DNA of 64,000 bases from the human T2T-CHM13v2.0 reference genome, Homo sapiens, in the NCBI RefSeq assembly GCF_009914755.1, contig NC_060928.1; one strand, given 5' to 3'. Both the position numbers and the translations under genes were made by a program. The notes beneath the pieces were generated by a model. That model had not been told where the DNA came from and did no database searches. It saw only the letters and a list, made by a program, of their open reading frames with translations. Of the stretch, positions 38,585 to 52,640 are shown in pieces (within the stretch, counting starts at the first letter, position 1; each line of letters starts with the position of its first letter).

Positions 38585-41500
38585 CAGGTAAGCGAAGTGT
38601 TGTTTATATCTTGACTCTAGAAACATATGTAGAACAAGAAATAAGAACATTTTAAATAAACATGCATTGGGAATAAAACAATGAGAGGGTTTGAAGAAAA
38701 ATAATTGTCAATCTGACAGGAGAAATTCAGGTCTTGAGGTCTTTTAATACATGTATTTCCAGTGATATGGAGGTTTAATACATGACCCTGCCAGAAGGTT
38801 GCTGATGTGTATTGGATATTGAATAATTTGGTTTTAAGGGTATTATCAATAAAATTATTTTTAAAAGTGTTTTTTACATTTTAAAATAATATAAAAATAT
38901 AGAATACTATATAAATCCATTTCTTTCCCTTTCTTGTTTTTTTAATCTTTTCTCTTTTCCAATTCAGTAATCATTATATTACTTAACTATTACATTGTCA
39001 GAGCAAAGTAGCAATATCAATATTTAATTACAAGTATTAATCACCATGTGTAATTTGAAAGTTTGACATTTACTAAATATTAAGTGTGTTTTGAAAATAA
39101 CTTCTAAATAACTTCTTATAGAAAGTTAAATAGAAGTGTAACTATAAAATATAAACGTCAACATGATTATCATTGTCATATAAATTATTATCAGCAAAGT
39201 AGACGAAACATAAATTTCATGTAAGTGAAAAATATTTATTCAGCCATACTATTTAAAGTAAAATGGTATGTAATTTTATTGTTATTCTTAGATGTAAATT
39301 TGTCATTTGTGTCACAATCCAATCTGGATAATATTTTTTACTACTCTTCCAGTTGCTAAAAGTGTTCTTTTAACTCTACTCCATGAGTAATAATGATGAA
39401 TTACTTATAATCTAATTCCAAATATTATTTTTTTGATTCCTTCATCTTCAAACAATACTATCTTTGCTTGATACTTCTGAGATCTCCAGAGTCATTATAC
39501 AGAGATAAATATTCCAAAATAGAATTCATTATGTTACTTTTGATACCATCATGTTAATTTTTCACATAAGGAAGTCTTTATGCTAGAAAAAAAGATATCC
39601 TTGTAATACACAATTTATTATCTTTTTCCCTTTGAAAATTCTGAAATTATAAGATAATGCACACTTTCTTGATACACAATTTTAATGTGTACTTCTGAAA
39701 TGATACATTTTTAGATTTTATATATTTGTTAATATATAGAAATAATGGAATCTTACACTGAAAACTATGGATGCTGTATAACCTGCAATGTATACTGGAA
39801 CATAGGAATTTAACAACTCTGATACTATAGTCATTATAATCAGTATTCTAATCATCATTATTATTTTTATATTTTGAAAAATGTTACCAAAGAGCAGGGT
39901 GTAGTAGATCATGTGTAAGCTCTGGAGCCTTTATGAAAGAGGAGAACATAGTCCAAAAATCAATTAGAAAGAGGATGGTAAAAGTAGACAGAAGTAGTCC
40001 TTACAAACAGACATGGACAGTCTGTCTCTATCCATATATCTAACTACCTATCTACTTATCTATTTATCTATCATTTTGGCACCAGATTTTTTTCAGTCTT
40101 TGAGGATGAAACATAGACTAGATTTTTTAATGTCTATAAGTTGGTATTGTAATTAGAGATATAAAAGATATAACAGTAAGATTACCATTTAATTGTGTGA
40201 GGTAGACCTCCAGACCTCTGCTCATTTATTCCTCATGTCTTGATGCTGCCCCTACTCTTTTACATACAACTATACACAATCACAAACACACAGCCACACA
40301 CACACAAACTGTTGGAGACACTTTTTATGGGATGATTTACCCATTTTTACTGCCTCCTTGTCCTCAGTCACCTTCTAGCTAAGAATAACCATGTAACACA
40401 TTTCCGGAAAGTTTCCGTTTCCCAGGTGGAAATTACATTGTCATCTCTCTCTTGGATTGTTCAATAGAAACTGAACTTACCTATAATGCTGGGTGCCTCC
40501 AGTGCATATTCCACATTACAGCTATTTTTAAGTTCCTAGTCTGATTCTCTCGGCCTAAATCAGAAAAGTGGCATTGTAAATAAATGAGCTGAATAACAAT
40601 GGTAGATATATCAGAGGCAGAAAGAAAAGCATGCAGTTAATAATGAGAAATGAAGGGTAATGAATGTCGATCAAAAAGGACAGCAAAAAGTCAAGGGTAC
40701 AAAAGGTTTTCTGATTTCAAACAACTGGCTAAATTGTGATTCTATCAAGTAAATTTGAGAATATAGGAGAATGAGCAATTTGGGGAAAAGATAACAAGTT
40801 ACATATGGCTTCCAGAAATAAGGATGATGAAGATAGATAGTGAATGGTCTCCATGAGTATAGAAAAACAGAAGTAATTTGTGACATTAGCAAGAACATCA
40901 TATAACGAGTAACAAGGCAGAAGAGACTATGGCGAACATTGTAGTGTAACAGGAGAGTGAAAATTGAAAATTATGAAGATTAAAATAGTTTTAAAATTAT
41001 TAGTTGTTAAAAATGTTGGATGCAGAAAAAGAGTGTGGAACCAAGGCAATTTTTTTATTGTTTGTGTTTATTCATTTGTTTTTAAGAGGTGACAAATATG
41101 AATATTTTTAAATGTAGAGGAGGACAAGATAGAAAAGGGGAGAAGACATTGACAGAACAGAGACTGAGTAAAAAATGTACAATAATTGTTAGAACATGAT
41201 CCTAGAATAGGTGAGTAGCTAAAATTTCCAGAACAGCAAAATTGGGGAACTGAGATTTGAACAGGAAAAGGCACATATTTTCAACAGTAAAAGGGGAAAA
41301 AATAAAATAGATGAGTTTATGTTACAAAAATACTGTAGATTTGTGTGAAGTAGCTCCTGGCCATAGCTCTATTTTCTCACTAAAGAAGAAAGAAAGAACT
41401 GTTGTTCTTAGTGAAAAATGAATAGATCAACTGGATGTTCAGGAACTTGAAGGTTTGAAAGATTGTGTGGACAATAGGGTACCGGTTGCAGAAACATGAA

Positions 41501-42067
41501 TGGATTTGCTGTATCATTGAGCATCTTTTTGAGATTGCAAACTGCATTTTAAATAAATTGGTACCATATTTAATGGCATATCACTTTTTCTATGTATGCT
41601 TAGTAGCCCAAGATTGGATGAAAATGACTTAGATCAGGGCTACTAAAATATTTAACTTTGGAGAACCATTTCAAATATGGGGTTCTTTATAAAGAATTAT
41701 CTGATCCAAGTCTTCATTCTTTTTTTGTGTTTACTTCATATTCTATATTTAACACTGCAGCATTTTTCAGTGTATTAGACATATTTATTTATGTCCTATC
41801 TGAGCTGATAATAATAAGGCCCTTTTACTCCTAGTGTCCAACACAGTGCTTTGCATTATCTACTTACTACTGGTTAACAATTGACCAGCTGAAAGAAAGT
41901 GCTCCTGAGATTTTTATCATGATTGCTTCTGTTGAGGATTAATCTCTCAGGCCTCCACTGGGTTACAAAGGCAAAATCTGGAGTGAATTTGTAGGGTAGA
42001 TTAAAATGAAAGCATTTATATGCTGAACATTAGATACTGTATTCATTGAGATATCTAAAGTATAAAC

Positions 42068-42396
42068 TTCTGCTGTTCAATATATTAGTCACTGGCAAGA
42101 AGATGCTTCTGAACACTTGAAATACAGCCAGTTCAAATTGAGATGTGCTTTAAATGTAAACTATAGCCCAGCATTAAAGAATCAGTATGCAGGAAAATCC
42201 CATATATGTATTTAATATATCGATTGCCTGTTAAAATGAAAATATGTAGATATATTGAATTAAATAAAGTCATCAAAAGTAATTCATTTTAATGACTTTC
42301 TTTTAACTTTCTTTTTAATGTAGCTGCCAGAAAATTTAATATTATATATGTAGTTCTCATTTATGGCTCACATTATATTCCTATTTGATAGTGTTG
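42068..42396. mobile_element. MER33 hAT-Charlie MITE
   Basis: tgctgttcaatat...cacttgaaat...aattgagatgtgct...tggctcacattatattcctatttgatagtgttg. Confidence 0.8.
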
Positions 42397-44054
42397 ATAT
42401 AGAAAATAATACTGAACTAAAATGTATAGCTGTCTCTTTTATTAATATTCTTATTTTTAATAATGGTGTTAATTTTCTTTCTAATATCTTGGATAATCCA
42501 ATTCCCAAGCGTGACTGAAGAGTTTTCAGAGTTTTCATATTCCTCACATGACATCCCACAAAACACATTCATTTTTTACACTAAATTCCTTAAAATAATT
42601 GCTAGAATTATAATGAGTATCAGAGTCCAATTATTTAATTATATGCTGAATTAATATTATTCTCAAATTAATTTCCTATGTGCTTGATATAATTCAGTTT
42701 CAGCATTTTGTTCCTCTAAGTCATTGAATTTCTAATTACAATCTATAGGCGGTTGAGATCACTTACTAAAACATTTATTCCTGCCCAGAATGGTAAATAT
42801 GATGTCTTTTTAACATAACAATTTTTAAATGTATTAAAGATAAATTTAAATAACAATATCATTTGGTGATCATTTCTATAATAAAATACACATTTATAAA
42901 TTTTGTTTATGAGAAGTAACAAGGGCAACATATATAAAAAGAAATATTTATATAACTAAACACCACCATAAATTACAGAAGACACTGCTTTCAGTAAGTC
43001 GTTTGTAATACTTTTCACAGATACAATGTTAAAAAAGTTCTATAAATTGATGTCATATAGATGAAAAAATGTTAGCTGTTTTATGAAAGAATGTATCATA
43101 TTTGTTCCTATATATGTGTAAAAAATAGGAATTATGTTTACCGTTGCTACCACTGTTATGAAAACTTAATTTATATATTGGAAGCAATAATCTGAAACTT
43201 ACTGCTAGAGTTTCATAATATATCTTAGACCCAACTTCCATTTCCCTTACGCTTGCCATCTGTCTATAATGCTGTTAAAGCTTTTCAAAATGCTTTGACA
43301 CCATGAAAGAAACCATAAACAGGCAGCAGAAACAATTCATGAAGACACTTTTGAATAAATAATTCAGACACATTCAAAGGAATCCTCGTTTTCTTATATT
43401 TTTATACTTCTCATAATTTTTATAAGAAAGTGTGTATACCACTGAAGATATTACTCAGTTTATGTATCCTAAAAATTATTCCAAGTTAAACAAATGGCAT
43501 GCACAATGAATTTCAATTTTACATATATTTTTACCGTAAGGAGTAGAGTTTTGTAAAGAAATGCCCTAAATTTTGGTTAATAATGAGTTATTTAACAGAA
43601 TCAACACTGTTTACTGTTCTTGAATATCAAGACTGTCATATGGATAATGGTTTAGCTTTTCTCTTATATACCAGTGGAACCAGAGTGAAAGAATCCATTG
43701 CAACCAGAAATGTAAAGTTACTAATGAGAAGCAGTCATAGAGAAAGGAATTATGGAAAAAATATAAATTTTCAAATACCTATCATAGTGACCATTTGTCT
43801 TATTTGTAGCCATACAACATTTTTGACTACTTACCTTTATGTTTTGTATTTTTCACATTATGTATCTCATCATCTTCTCAAAGGTAAAGTCAGAAAACCA
43901 TATTATCATCACCTCCTTGCAGGAAAGGTAGGTTTCGCCAATCACAAGCATTTCTGCACGATGTAGCAGCTAATGCTCTGTAAAAGATAATTGAATTAAA
44001 TGGAGCCTCAGCCATTGGCCACTTCACTTCCAAGTGGATTTAACTAAACCTTAG

Positions 44055-44420
<366 letters not shown>

Positions 44421-45092
44421 TACAATTTTTAACAAATAAAGATTTATCATATTTATATTTTGCCATATAAATTTTGTCAAATGTGGTGCCTCTTTTGCTT
44501 CTTGTAGACTAAAATTTAGAAATGTATATTTTATGGTAGAACTTGAAGAGCACTACAGACATTTATCATAAGTGATCAGGAAAGCCAAGGTGCATGTCAG
44601 AGGAAAGAACATCACACATAGTTTTATCTGGAAAATTCTTAGTAGATTTAATTTAATATTTGTACAGAACAATTCAATTTAAAATAGAATAAAAAAAGTC
44701 CTGCTGAAAAATATATTTTATTTTATATCCCGAATGAGGCTAAACATTTTGCTAATTATCTGTATTACCAATAGATTGCAATAGGAATTCAGTAACTTGG
44801 AAGAACAAGACACTAATATTTGACTATATCAAATATGAGGGTAGCCATTTTGAGAATAAGTTTATTCTAAAAATTATTAAATAATTGGGTTATGACATTC
44901 TTATAACAAATTTTAAATGAATAACATGTAGGAATTAAGTGCTATTATGTGATATATCATATGGAGAATTAGAATATTTTCAGTCACTCTTTTACATTGA
45001 ATTATTAGAAAATTAACACTATTATTGAAAAATTTTACTATTACCAAAAAATAGTGTAACCATAAATTTTACTTTGGTATTATTCCCCATAT

Positions 45093-45417
45093 CAGCATAG
45101 TCCAACAGAAAAAATAATGTGAGCCACATACGTGAGCTCAATATGCAGTTTCAAGCTTTCTAGTATCCATATGAAAAAAACGTAAAATAAAGCAGATGAT
45201 ACTAACATTAATAATACATTTTCTTTAACCCAATATATCTAACATATATGCCTTTAAAATGTAAGCAATATAAAATGTTATAAATTTTATGACTTTTTTT
45301 TGTACAAGGACGTCTAATTCCACGATTTATTTCACGCAGCACACCTCTATCTGGACAAGGCATATTTCAAGTTCAATAACATTACGCAGCTAGTGTCCAC
45401 TGTTTTAGATGATGTAG
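45093..45417. mobile_element. MER33 hAT-Charlie MITE, opposite orientation to the 42068 copy
   Basis: cagcatagtccaacagaaaaaataatgtgagccaca...tttaacccaatatatc...catatttcaagttcaata. Confidence 0.75.
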
Positions 45418-46989
45418 CATTTGCCAAAGTAGGCACATCCTCATAATCACAATCATATGTCCTTATTTTTATGTATGGATTATTTAATTAATTATGAAAT
45501 TCCTGTAGCAAACATAATTTCTGGGGAAAAAAAGACATGAAAGTGTTTAAGAAGGTTGGAGAGCTGGACAGTAAGGGATGGCCTTTGTTCCCCCACAGAA
45601 TCACTTGATTTTGATCTGAGGCCATGCTAATAAAGAATTAGCAGGCAGTTACTTTTTGCAACAATCTGGGCTAAATAACGAGGCCTTCGCGGAATTATGA
45701 AGAATCCTTTTCTCTCCAGTTGTGCGTGGAACTCATTACTCTCTAGGACCCCACAGAAGTGAAGCTATAGCAGTATCAAGGAATTACTGTATTATTTAAA
45801 ACCATGGAAAAAGTATTCTCTTCACAAGGGCCAGAGAAACATCTTCATGATATAACAAAACAAAACAAAAACGGGAGCTGGAACAGAAAAGGAAGAGCAG
45901 AGTGGACCTGCAGTCAAGACCATAACTGACAGATTGGTTGAGGAGATATTGGTCAGGAATTCAGTGTGACTTCAGATGAGAGGAAGGATGAAGCATTTTG
46001 ATGTGACAATCTGACAGGTAGAAATCCCCCTGAGAAGAATGTGAGGAATATTAAGTACGTATATACTTATGCTGTATGTATTTGACACTAAATAGCAACT
46101 TTTTATATTACCCATATAATAACAATAAATTTAGTATTGGGGAATGGCTTTATTTCAAGTACCAAAATTCATGTATCTCCATTTCTGTCATTGATCTTAT
46201 TTAAATACAGTAACAATGTATCCCAGAAGATAGTTTGATGTTGCTGAAACAGTACTCATTTATAAAAGTATATGTAAACGAGTAACACCAAACTAAAGAA
46301 CACATTGACAGCAAAGGTAGAGAAGTGATAACGGTGGCGCATTCAAGAGTTGTCTGTGTGAAAAGATGAGGCAGTGTGATCACAAGTATGAGATATTAAA
46401 ACAAATGAAACCCTTATGTCAACAAGACAGCCAAGCTCTGGCTTGTTTACAAAAATTGATGGTGAAAGTCACAACCTGGCAGTATTTTTAATAATGAGGA
46501 TTTATATTTTAAGTGAGGCTTTGAGAAAATATAAGTCAAAGAAAACCATGAGAGACAGCATTACTTAATAGAAAAATAAGGTCCAAGTAAGGTTCCTAAC
46601 TGATTATTAATCAATTGGCAACATTCTATGAAATAGCCACTACAAATCCTATAGACAGATGATTCCTTGCAAGACTATGCAAAATATGACTTATAATACT
46701 CATATCTTAAAGTGCTGGAGAACTGTTAATGGAAAAAAATATAGACACTCCTTGAATACAATGTGTTGTCTTCTGGGTAATTAGTTCCACATTAAAGTGA
46801 TAGGGTTTGAATATTATTTTTCTATAGAAAGCATACCAAAATGCTATTCTTGTCTTGATCCCAAGACCTTCATGAATTGTCAAACCCCATAAAATTTAAT
46901 AGAGAAAAGTATGTGCAATGTAAAACATAAATATTTCTAGTCATATGTAAGTAGTAACTTCAAGTAACTTATGTTTTCTTTAACTTAGC

Positions 46990-47110
46990 GAAAATTCAGT
47001 GAGCATTTCCTGCCTATGTAGGCTATGAGTTAAGTTTTGTAAGGTAAACAACAGTGAATAAATGTATGATTCTAGCTTCAAGGGCTTTATTTCATATAGC
47101 ATAGAAATAA
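46990..47110 (-). mobile_element. L2 3' fragment
   Basis: gtgagcatttcc...aacagtgaataa...ttcaagggcttta. Confidence 0.45.
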
Positions 47111-48944
47111 ATATATCTCAGTTGATTTATAAAAGCATACAAGAAATTAAAGTGCAGAAAATGGAGCATTTATATAAATCATAACAGGGCGAATCATTAG
47201 CCTTTGCTTCCATTTTACCAGCCTGACTAGGTACTATCAAGCAAGCAGTGCGAAGTGAGGCTACCTGGGATAACATAAGGGTGTCGCCTTCTGTCAGTGG
47301 TTTGGAGCTGCAAGGTGGGGAAATGCAGCCAAAGCCAGAATGGCAAACACTCATCTTGTTTTGCTTTCCAACTAACTAACACAGGTACTGACTTTACGGA
47401 TAACTATTATGGAGATAATTATAGGCATAGCCAAAAATATTAATAACCAATTACCCCTGTACTATCTTCAGATTTGGGCTCTGAAATAGTTATATTCCTT
47501 CTCTGCTACAGTCTAGGATTATAAGCATGTACTATCACAGAATGAGAGGAGGGAAAGTCAGAAATAGATGAAGAATTTCAGAACTGCAGGAAAAGAAACA
47601 AGGCCTGTGATAAGAGAACTAATGGGATCATATTTTATTCATATAATACTACACTGCACTGTAAGTTTCAAGTTTTGCACACATTTTGTGCAATTCATCC
47701 TTCTTTTTTTCTCTATTAGAAAGTAAAATGATACCTTCAACAAATGGTAAAAAGTTTTAGGATGTAGAAGAGTTTCCTTGGGGATGTTTCGCCAAGCATC
47801 TTTGGGAATACTGTTGGGAAAGCATTCATTAACTGGCTTGAGAAAGTAAAGAAGAGAACCTAATTTGTTCTTCTTTTTATCTCTTTTAAAAATGGTCCTC
47901 TAGAAACTGAAAGTATTAGTGATTTAATAGCCGGTCTTTCTTCTAAATTTAATTCTGTGAATATTTTTGTATATATTTTTGGGCAACCCGTGTTCATTTA
48001 TATTCCTGCTTATATAAGTGGTTTCAGCCAGTCTGTAAGTATAATTGGATGAGCACTGTATGGATCTCTCTAATTAGAATTTTCAGTAAGTTGAACAGGA
48101 ACTGCTTCTACTCTGATATGCATGTGTAATTTCCACTAAAGTGAGCAAGCATAACTAAGGGCAATGTTTTCCCCTTTGAGCACTTTGAATTCTATGCACT
48201 CCAGATGCTACAGAAACTCCTATGACTATTCCCTTATTCAAACTGTTGATTTGTCATGGCAATATAATTCCTTGTGAAATCACTTTTGTTTGTTTAAATG
48301 AAGTTTTAGACCCCTCCAAAGTAATATAAGTTCTGCTTATGGAGGCGTTAACTTTTCAGTAATGGAAGAAATATTTGTTAAGTGAAATGAAAATATTTGT
48401 CAAGGCCATCATGCTTCTAGTTTGATGATTCTGGACAGGATGCTGATACTAGCTGGTGGAAAGATATGAACATCCCTGCAGATTAAAATGCAAATTTTAT
48501 TGCTGGAAACAGCAATACACAGAAAGGCCATAGAGCCTTTTAGCTTTTCTGACAGCAGCTTGCAGAACCAGTGCACTGAATCACTCAATATCTTTAAGTG
48601 TCTATCCTATTCTGGAACTTTAATAAACATCTGCTCATACTGTACCCATTCCAAGTTCCAGTTTTAAGAATATACAAGCTTCAACATTAAATAACTGTTA
48701 GGCGAGCACTTTCTGTGAGTAGATTGTGATTAAATATACTCTTAATTAAAAAAGAAGGTGAGGTAAAGTAAAAGGTGACATATTATAGAAAATCATATGG
48801 AGATCTTAAGCCTTGGATATATAATTCTGATGATGTAAAAAAATTACACTTGGGACTTGATTGATTTATACAGAATAAGAATGTTGTAGTGCATGCAACA
48901 AATGAAATATTTTAATTCTGAAAACGAAACAAGAAATTAAGGGA

Positions 48945-49130
48945 TTAATTCAACAAGCACATATGAAGTGATCCTCGTTACCATGGCCCCTACTAGTTTG
49001 AGAGGATACAGAGAGAACAATGAAATAGTCTCCACTTCAGACACTTAAGAGTTTAGCAGAGAGATACCCTCATAAACAACCAATTCCAGTAAAATATGAC
49101 AATACCTTGTTTTAAGGGTGCATTCTATGC
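48945..49130 (-). mobile_element. L2 3' fragment
   Basis: attcaacaagcac...gaggatacagagagaacaa...agtctcc. Confidence 0.45.
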
Positions 49131-49460
49131 CCAAGATTGATGACGGTTTTTGCAATCTATCTCTCAATATAGAGAGGCCAAATTTTATTCTAACTTGGTC
49201 TTCAGTGATATGCATTCAGAGAAAGTGAAGTTTAGTAGATGATCACAAAATCTAATGCTGTAATCTTTTAATGACCAATTGTGGTTTAGAATACAGCAAT
49301 TAAGAATACCAAATTTGCTCTTGGACAGTGTAGGAAACTTAGTGATGAATTTAGGTCTCCTTTTTTCAGGCTTCATGCTGACTTACACTTACTAAGGGGT
49401 AAACCCTGGTCACTTAAAGGAATAGTAGGTTCACTCAGATACACATTAATATATAATTTG

Positions 49461-49576
49461 TTTTTTTTTTTGAGACAGAGTCTCTCTATGTTGCCCAGGC
49501 TGGAGTGCATTGGCTATTCACAGGAATGATCTCACTACTGATCAGCATGGGCGTTTTGACCTGCTCCGTTTCTGAC
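49461..49576 (-). pseudogene. RN7SL: 5'-truncated 7SL (SRP RNA) retrocopy with polyA tail
   Basis: Minus strand gtcagaaacggagcaggtcaaaacgcccatgctgatcagtagtgagatc..cctgtgaatagcc..tgcactccagcctgggcaacatag matches 7SL S-domain/3' end, absent from Alu; TSD acattaatatataattt / acattaacatataattt. Confidence 0.92.
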
Positions 49577-49616
49577 ATTAACATATAATTTAATGGAAAA
49601 TATTACTTCTGGAGAT

Positions 49617-49914
49617 TATTATTATTATTATTTTTGAGATGGAGTCTCACTCTGTTGCCCAGGCTGGAGTGCAGCGGCGCTATCTTGGCTCACTGCAACC
49701 TCCACCTCCACCAAGCAATTCTCCCACCTCAGCCTCCCAAGTAGCTGGGATTACAGGCGCAGGCCACCACATCCGGCTAATTTTTTGTATTTTTAGCAGA
49801 GACGGGGGTCTCACCATGTTGGCCAGGGTGGTCTTGAACTCCTGACCTCAAGTGATCACCTGCCTTTGCCTCCCAAAGTGCTGGGATTACAGGCATGAGC
49901 TACCACACTCAGCC
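49617..49914 (-). mobile_element. AluS (Sz-like) with (ATT)n tail
   Basis: Full dimer, cctgacctcaagtgatc; TSD acttctggagat / acttctagagat. Confidence 0.94.
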
Positions 49915-52389
49915 ACTTCTAGAGATACTAAACTCATTCTTTTCATTTCCTCAAATTAAATACTTAGACGACTTTCACTTCAAATATATAGAATGCCTTA
50001 TTGTTGCCCTATGTACTTCATAAAATATTGTATTTTCCCATGTACTTCAAAACCTTTACTTTCTTCTGAACTTTGAACAGTGCAGTCAAAGCTGAGTTGG
50101 CTATAGATAGTTTAATATGAACCATATTTTATATTAAATAATTTTTTATTAACCAAAATAATTATAGGTTACTATAAGCAATTCATATATCAATTTAATA
50201 TGGCTGGGCAAAATATAATTGTAAATGTACGTATGTAAAAAAATCCTTGTATGTATTTTGAATACAAATAAAAATGATTAGAAAAGTTTTTTTATTATTT
50301 ACTCTTAAAATGTATTTATGCCTCCACTTTTCTTTATCACTTCGAATAACCTAGAGGTAATTGTATTTGCCTTATCTTTAATTTCACTCATGAGGGCTTT
50401 CTTCCTGTCTCTTTCTCTTCTTTTATCTCTAACTTTGATAGAGGATTTAAGCTATATTTTACACAGCGTAAGCAGTGTTCTTAATACACACCTGACATTT
50501 CTTTACAGCATTCTTTGTTGCTAATATTTTTATTATATCACCACTGATTCTGAAAAATATTGAAAAAATTAAATTTTACAGACCCATTTATAGTTTACAT
50601 GTAACATAAATTATTTCATGTGTATTCCAGACAGAGTGGCTAGAAAACAAATGCATATTAAGGCTATTATTTTTTAATAGCTAAGAATATGTATCTTCCC
50701 TTTACATGTGGAAAGAGGTACTATGAAAGATAAAATTATTGGATATTTACCAGTAATCTGAAGAAAGAAAATGACAGAAACAAATCATAACAAACCAATG
50801 CTGACTTAGTATTTTTACTCTGAGAGGGAGTTCAAATATTAAAACTTAACAAATGTCGTCCTTATGCATTAAAAATAGTAAAAAAAAAAATGCATGGATG
50901 TATTTGTTGGTTGCAGTATAACCCAGCTCTCTCTTAATGGTTTTTGTAATTAATTGAAACTGTTGAATAAAGGGAGGTACATGGCCAACGAGTGGTCATG
51001 CATTTCAATGAGAGCTGGGCCCAGGGCCATTGGCCAGCATTTATGGGAGTGAAAAGGCTTCAAAAATATAATCTTTCATCTAAAGTTCCTTCTATGAAAC
51101 TTTTTAAAAATCAAGGATAAAAAAAGTTAGAGAGATTTTACCAATTTTGGGATTCCCATATGTTTGATATTTAAAAAAGGTTATGTGAGGATCTTGTATA
51201 TGTCTATTCAAATCTATGAGTTGGAGAAGAAGCATACACAGGCATGCTTCTCACATCCCACACACACTTACATTCAGGTAGTCATGTCCTCCTTTAATAT
51301 TTTTCCCTCTGAATCTTTTATTGATCATTTAAAACTCAGCCTCGATGTTCTGTTTCATCCAACTGATCTGATTGCAAAGAGGACCAAGGCCAAGCATACC
51401 ATTACCCAAGAATTGATGGTTCCAATGCCACCAGAATAAGCCTGGTCACATTCCAGCCACTGCCACCCTAATCACATCGTTGTTGCAAGTCATTGACAGG
51501 GTATAATGAACATATGGCTGATATGCTTTGAATGATAATTCTTTCATTTTTGTCTTAGGGATCCAAAGGCTGTTCATTTTCTCTGAAAAAGCATCTCTTA
51601 CAAAATTCTGTGGCTTTAATATTCATTTTGAAACTACATGTTATTATATTTAGGACATAAATTATATTTTAAAGTGAATTCTGAGGGGAGAGGTGCCATT
51701 TTGGCATTTTATCATAATTTGGCATCTATTTGCTGAATTATGAAGATTCAATAATATTTATCTAATAAAAATAATGTACAGTTGAATTGGGAAAACAACA
51801 TAAACATGGGTATAAAAGATATGTATTCATATATTTTTAAAAGGCAATGCAGAAAAAGAGAATTTGTCATAAAACAATACATTGTAGCCAAGGGGGTGAT
51901 GTAAATAATTTAAAAATAATACTACTATACATCATATTTATATATTATTTATATATGATATTTGACATTTATTGAATTCTTACTGTTTACCAGCCACTGG
52001 ACCAAGCTCTTCATATCATTTTACCCTGATGCATTTATACAATATTTATAAAAACTGTATAAGTTACATGATGAGTCCTATAAATTCATATCTGGAGTGA
52101 TTATCCTGTAACCCTGTAATAAAAGGTCAAAAAATACTTTTGAAAAGGTGAAAAATGTGAACTGTGTTGTAAGTGTCTGATGACTAGGACCTAAAATTTC
52201 CATCATGCCAAAGTATAGAAAAGCACATCATAAATAGAGGACATAGTTTTAGGGAAAAATGTGGCAACAAATTTGTGATGACATCATTTAGAAAATATTG
52301 ACAATATCAGTTTGGCAATTGGGAAACAGTGAATGCAGTGGCTGGAAATGGGTAGAATTTAGAAACGCAGTTTGCAGAGGGTTTTATGC

Positions 52390-52640
52390 TCTTAGCTAAG
52401 ATTGTTAAATCTTATGTGCTGCTTAATATATACCAGACACTCTTTGAAAGGCTGTATATATGAGAAATAATTATGAATTTTATATTTACAAGAGCCATAT
52501 GAGATGGGCACTTTTATTATCCCCAACTTATAATGGATGATATTGAATCCCAGAGTTTGACTTGTCCAGGATCACAAAAGTAGTAACAGACTAAGTATTT
52601 GGATTTTTTCAGGTAGATGATGGAGAGTCATGGTCTCTTA
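52390..52640 (-). mobile_element. MIR within L2 relic
   Basis: ttttattatccccaacttataatgga...tgacttgtccaggatcaca. Confidence 0.6.

Noticed and set aside
43583-43966. 127-aa ATG ORF in non-repeat DNA
   Set aside because: AT-rich codons, no domain or splice context; length compatible with chance in 64 kb.
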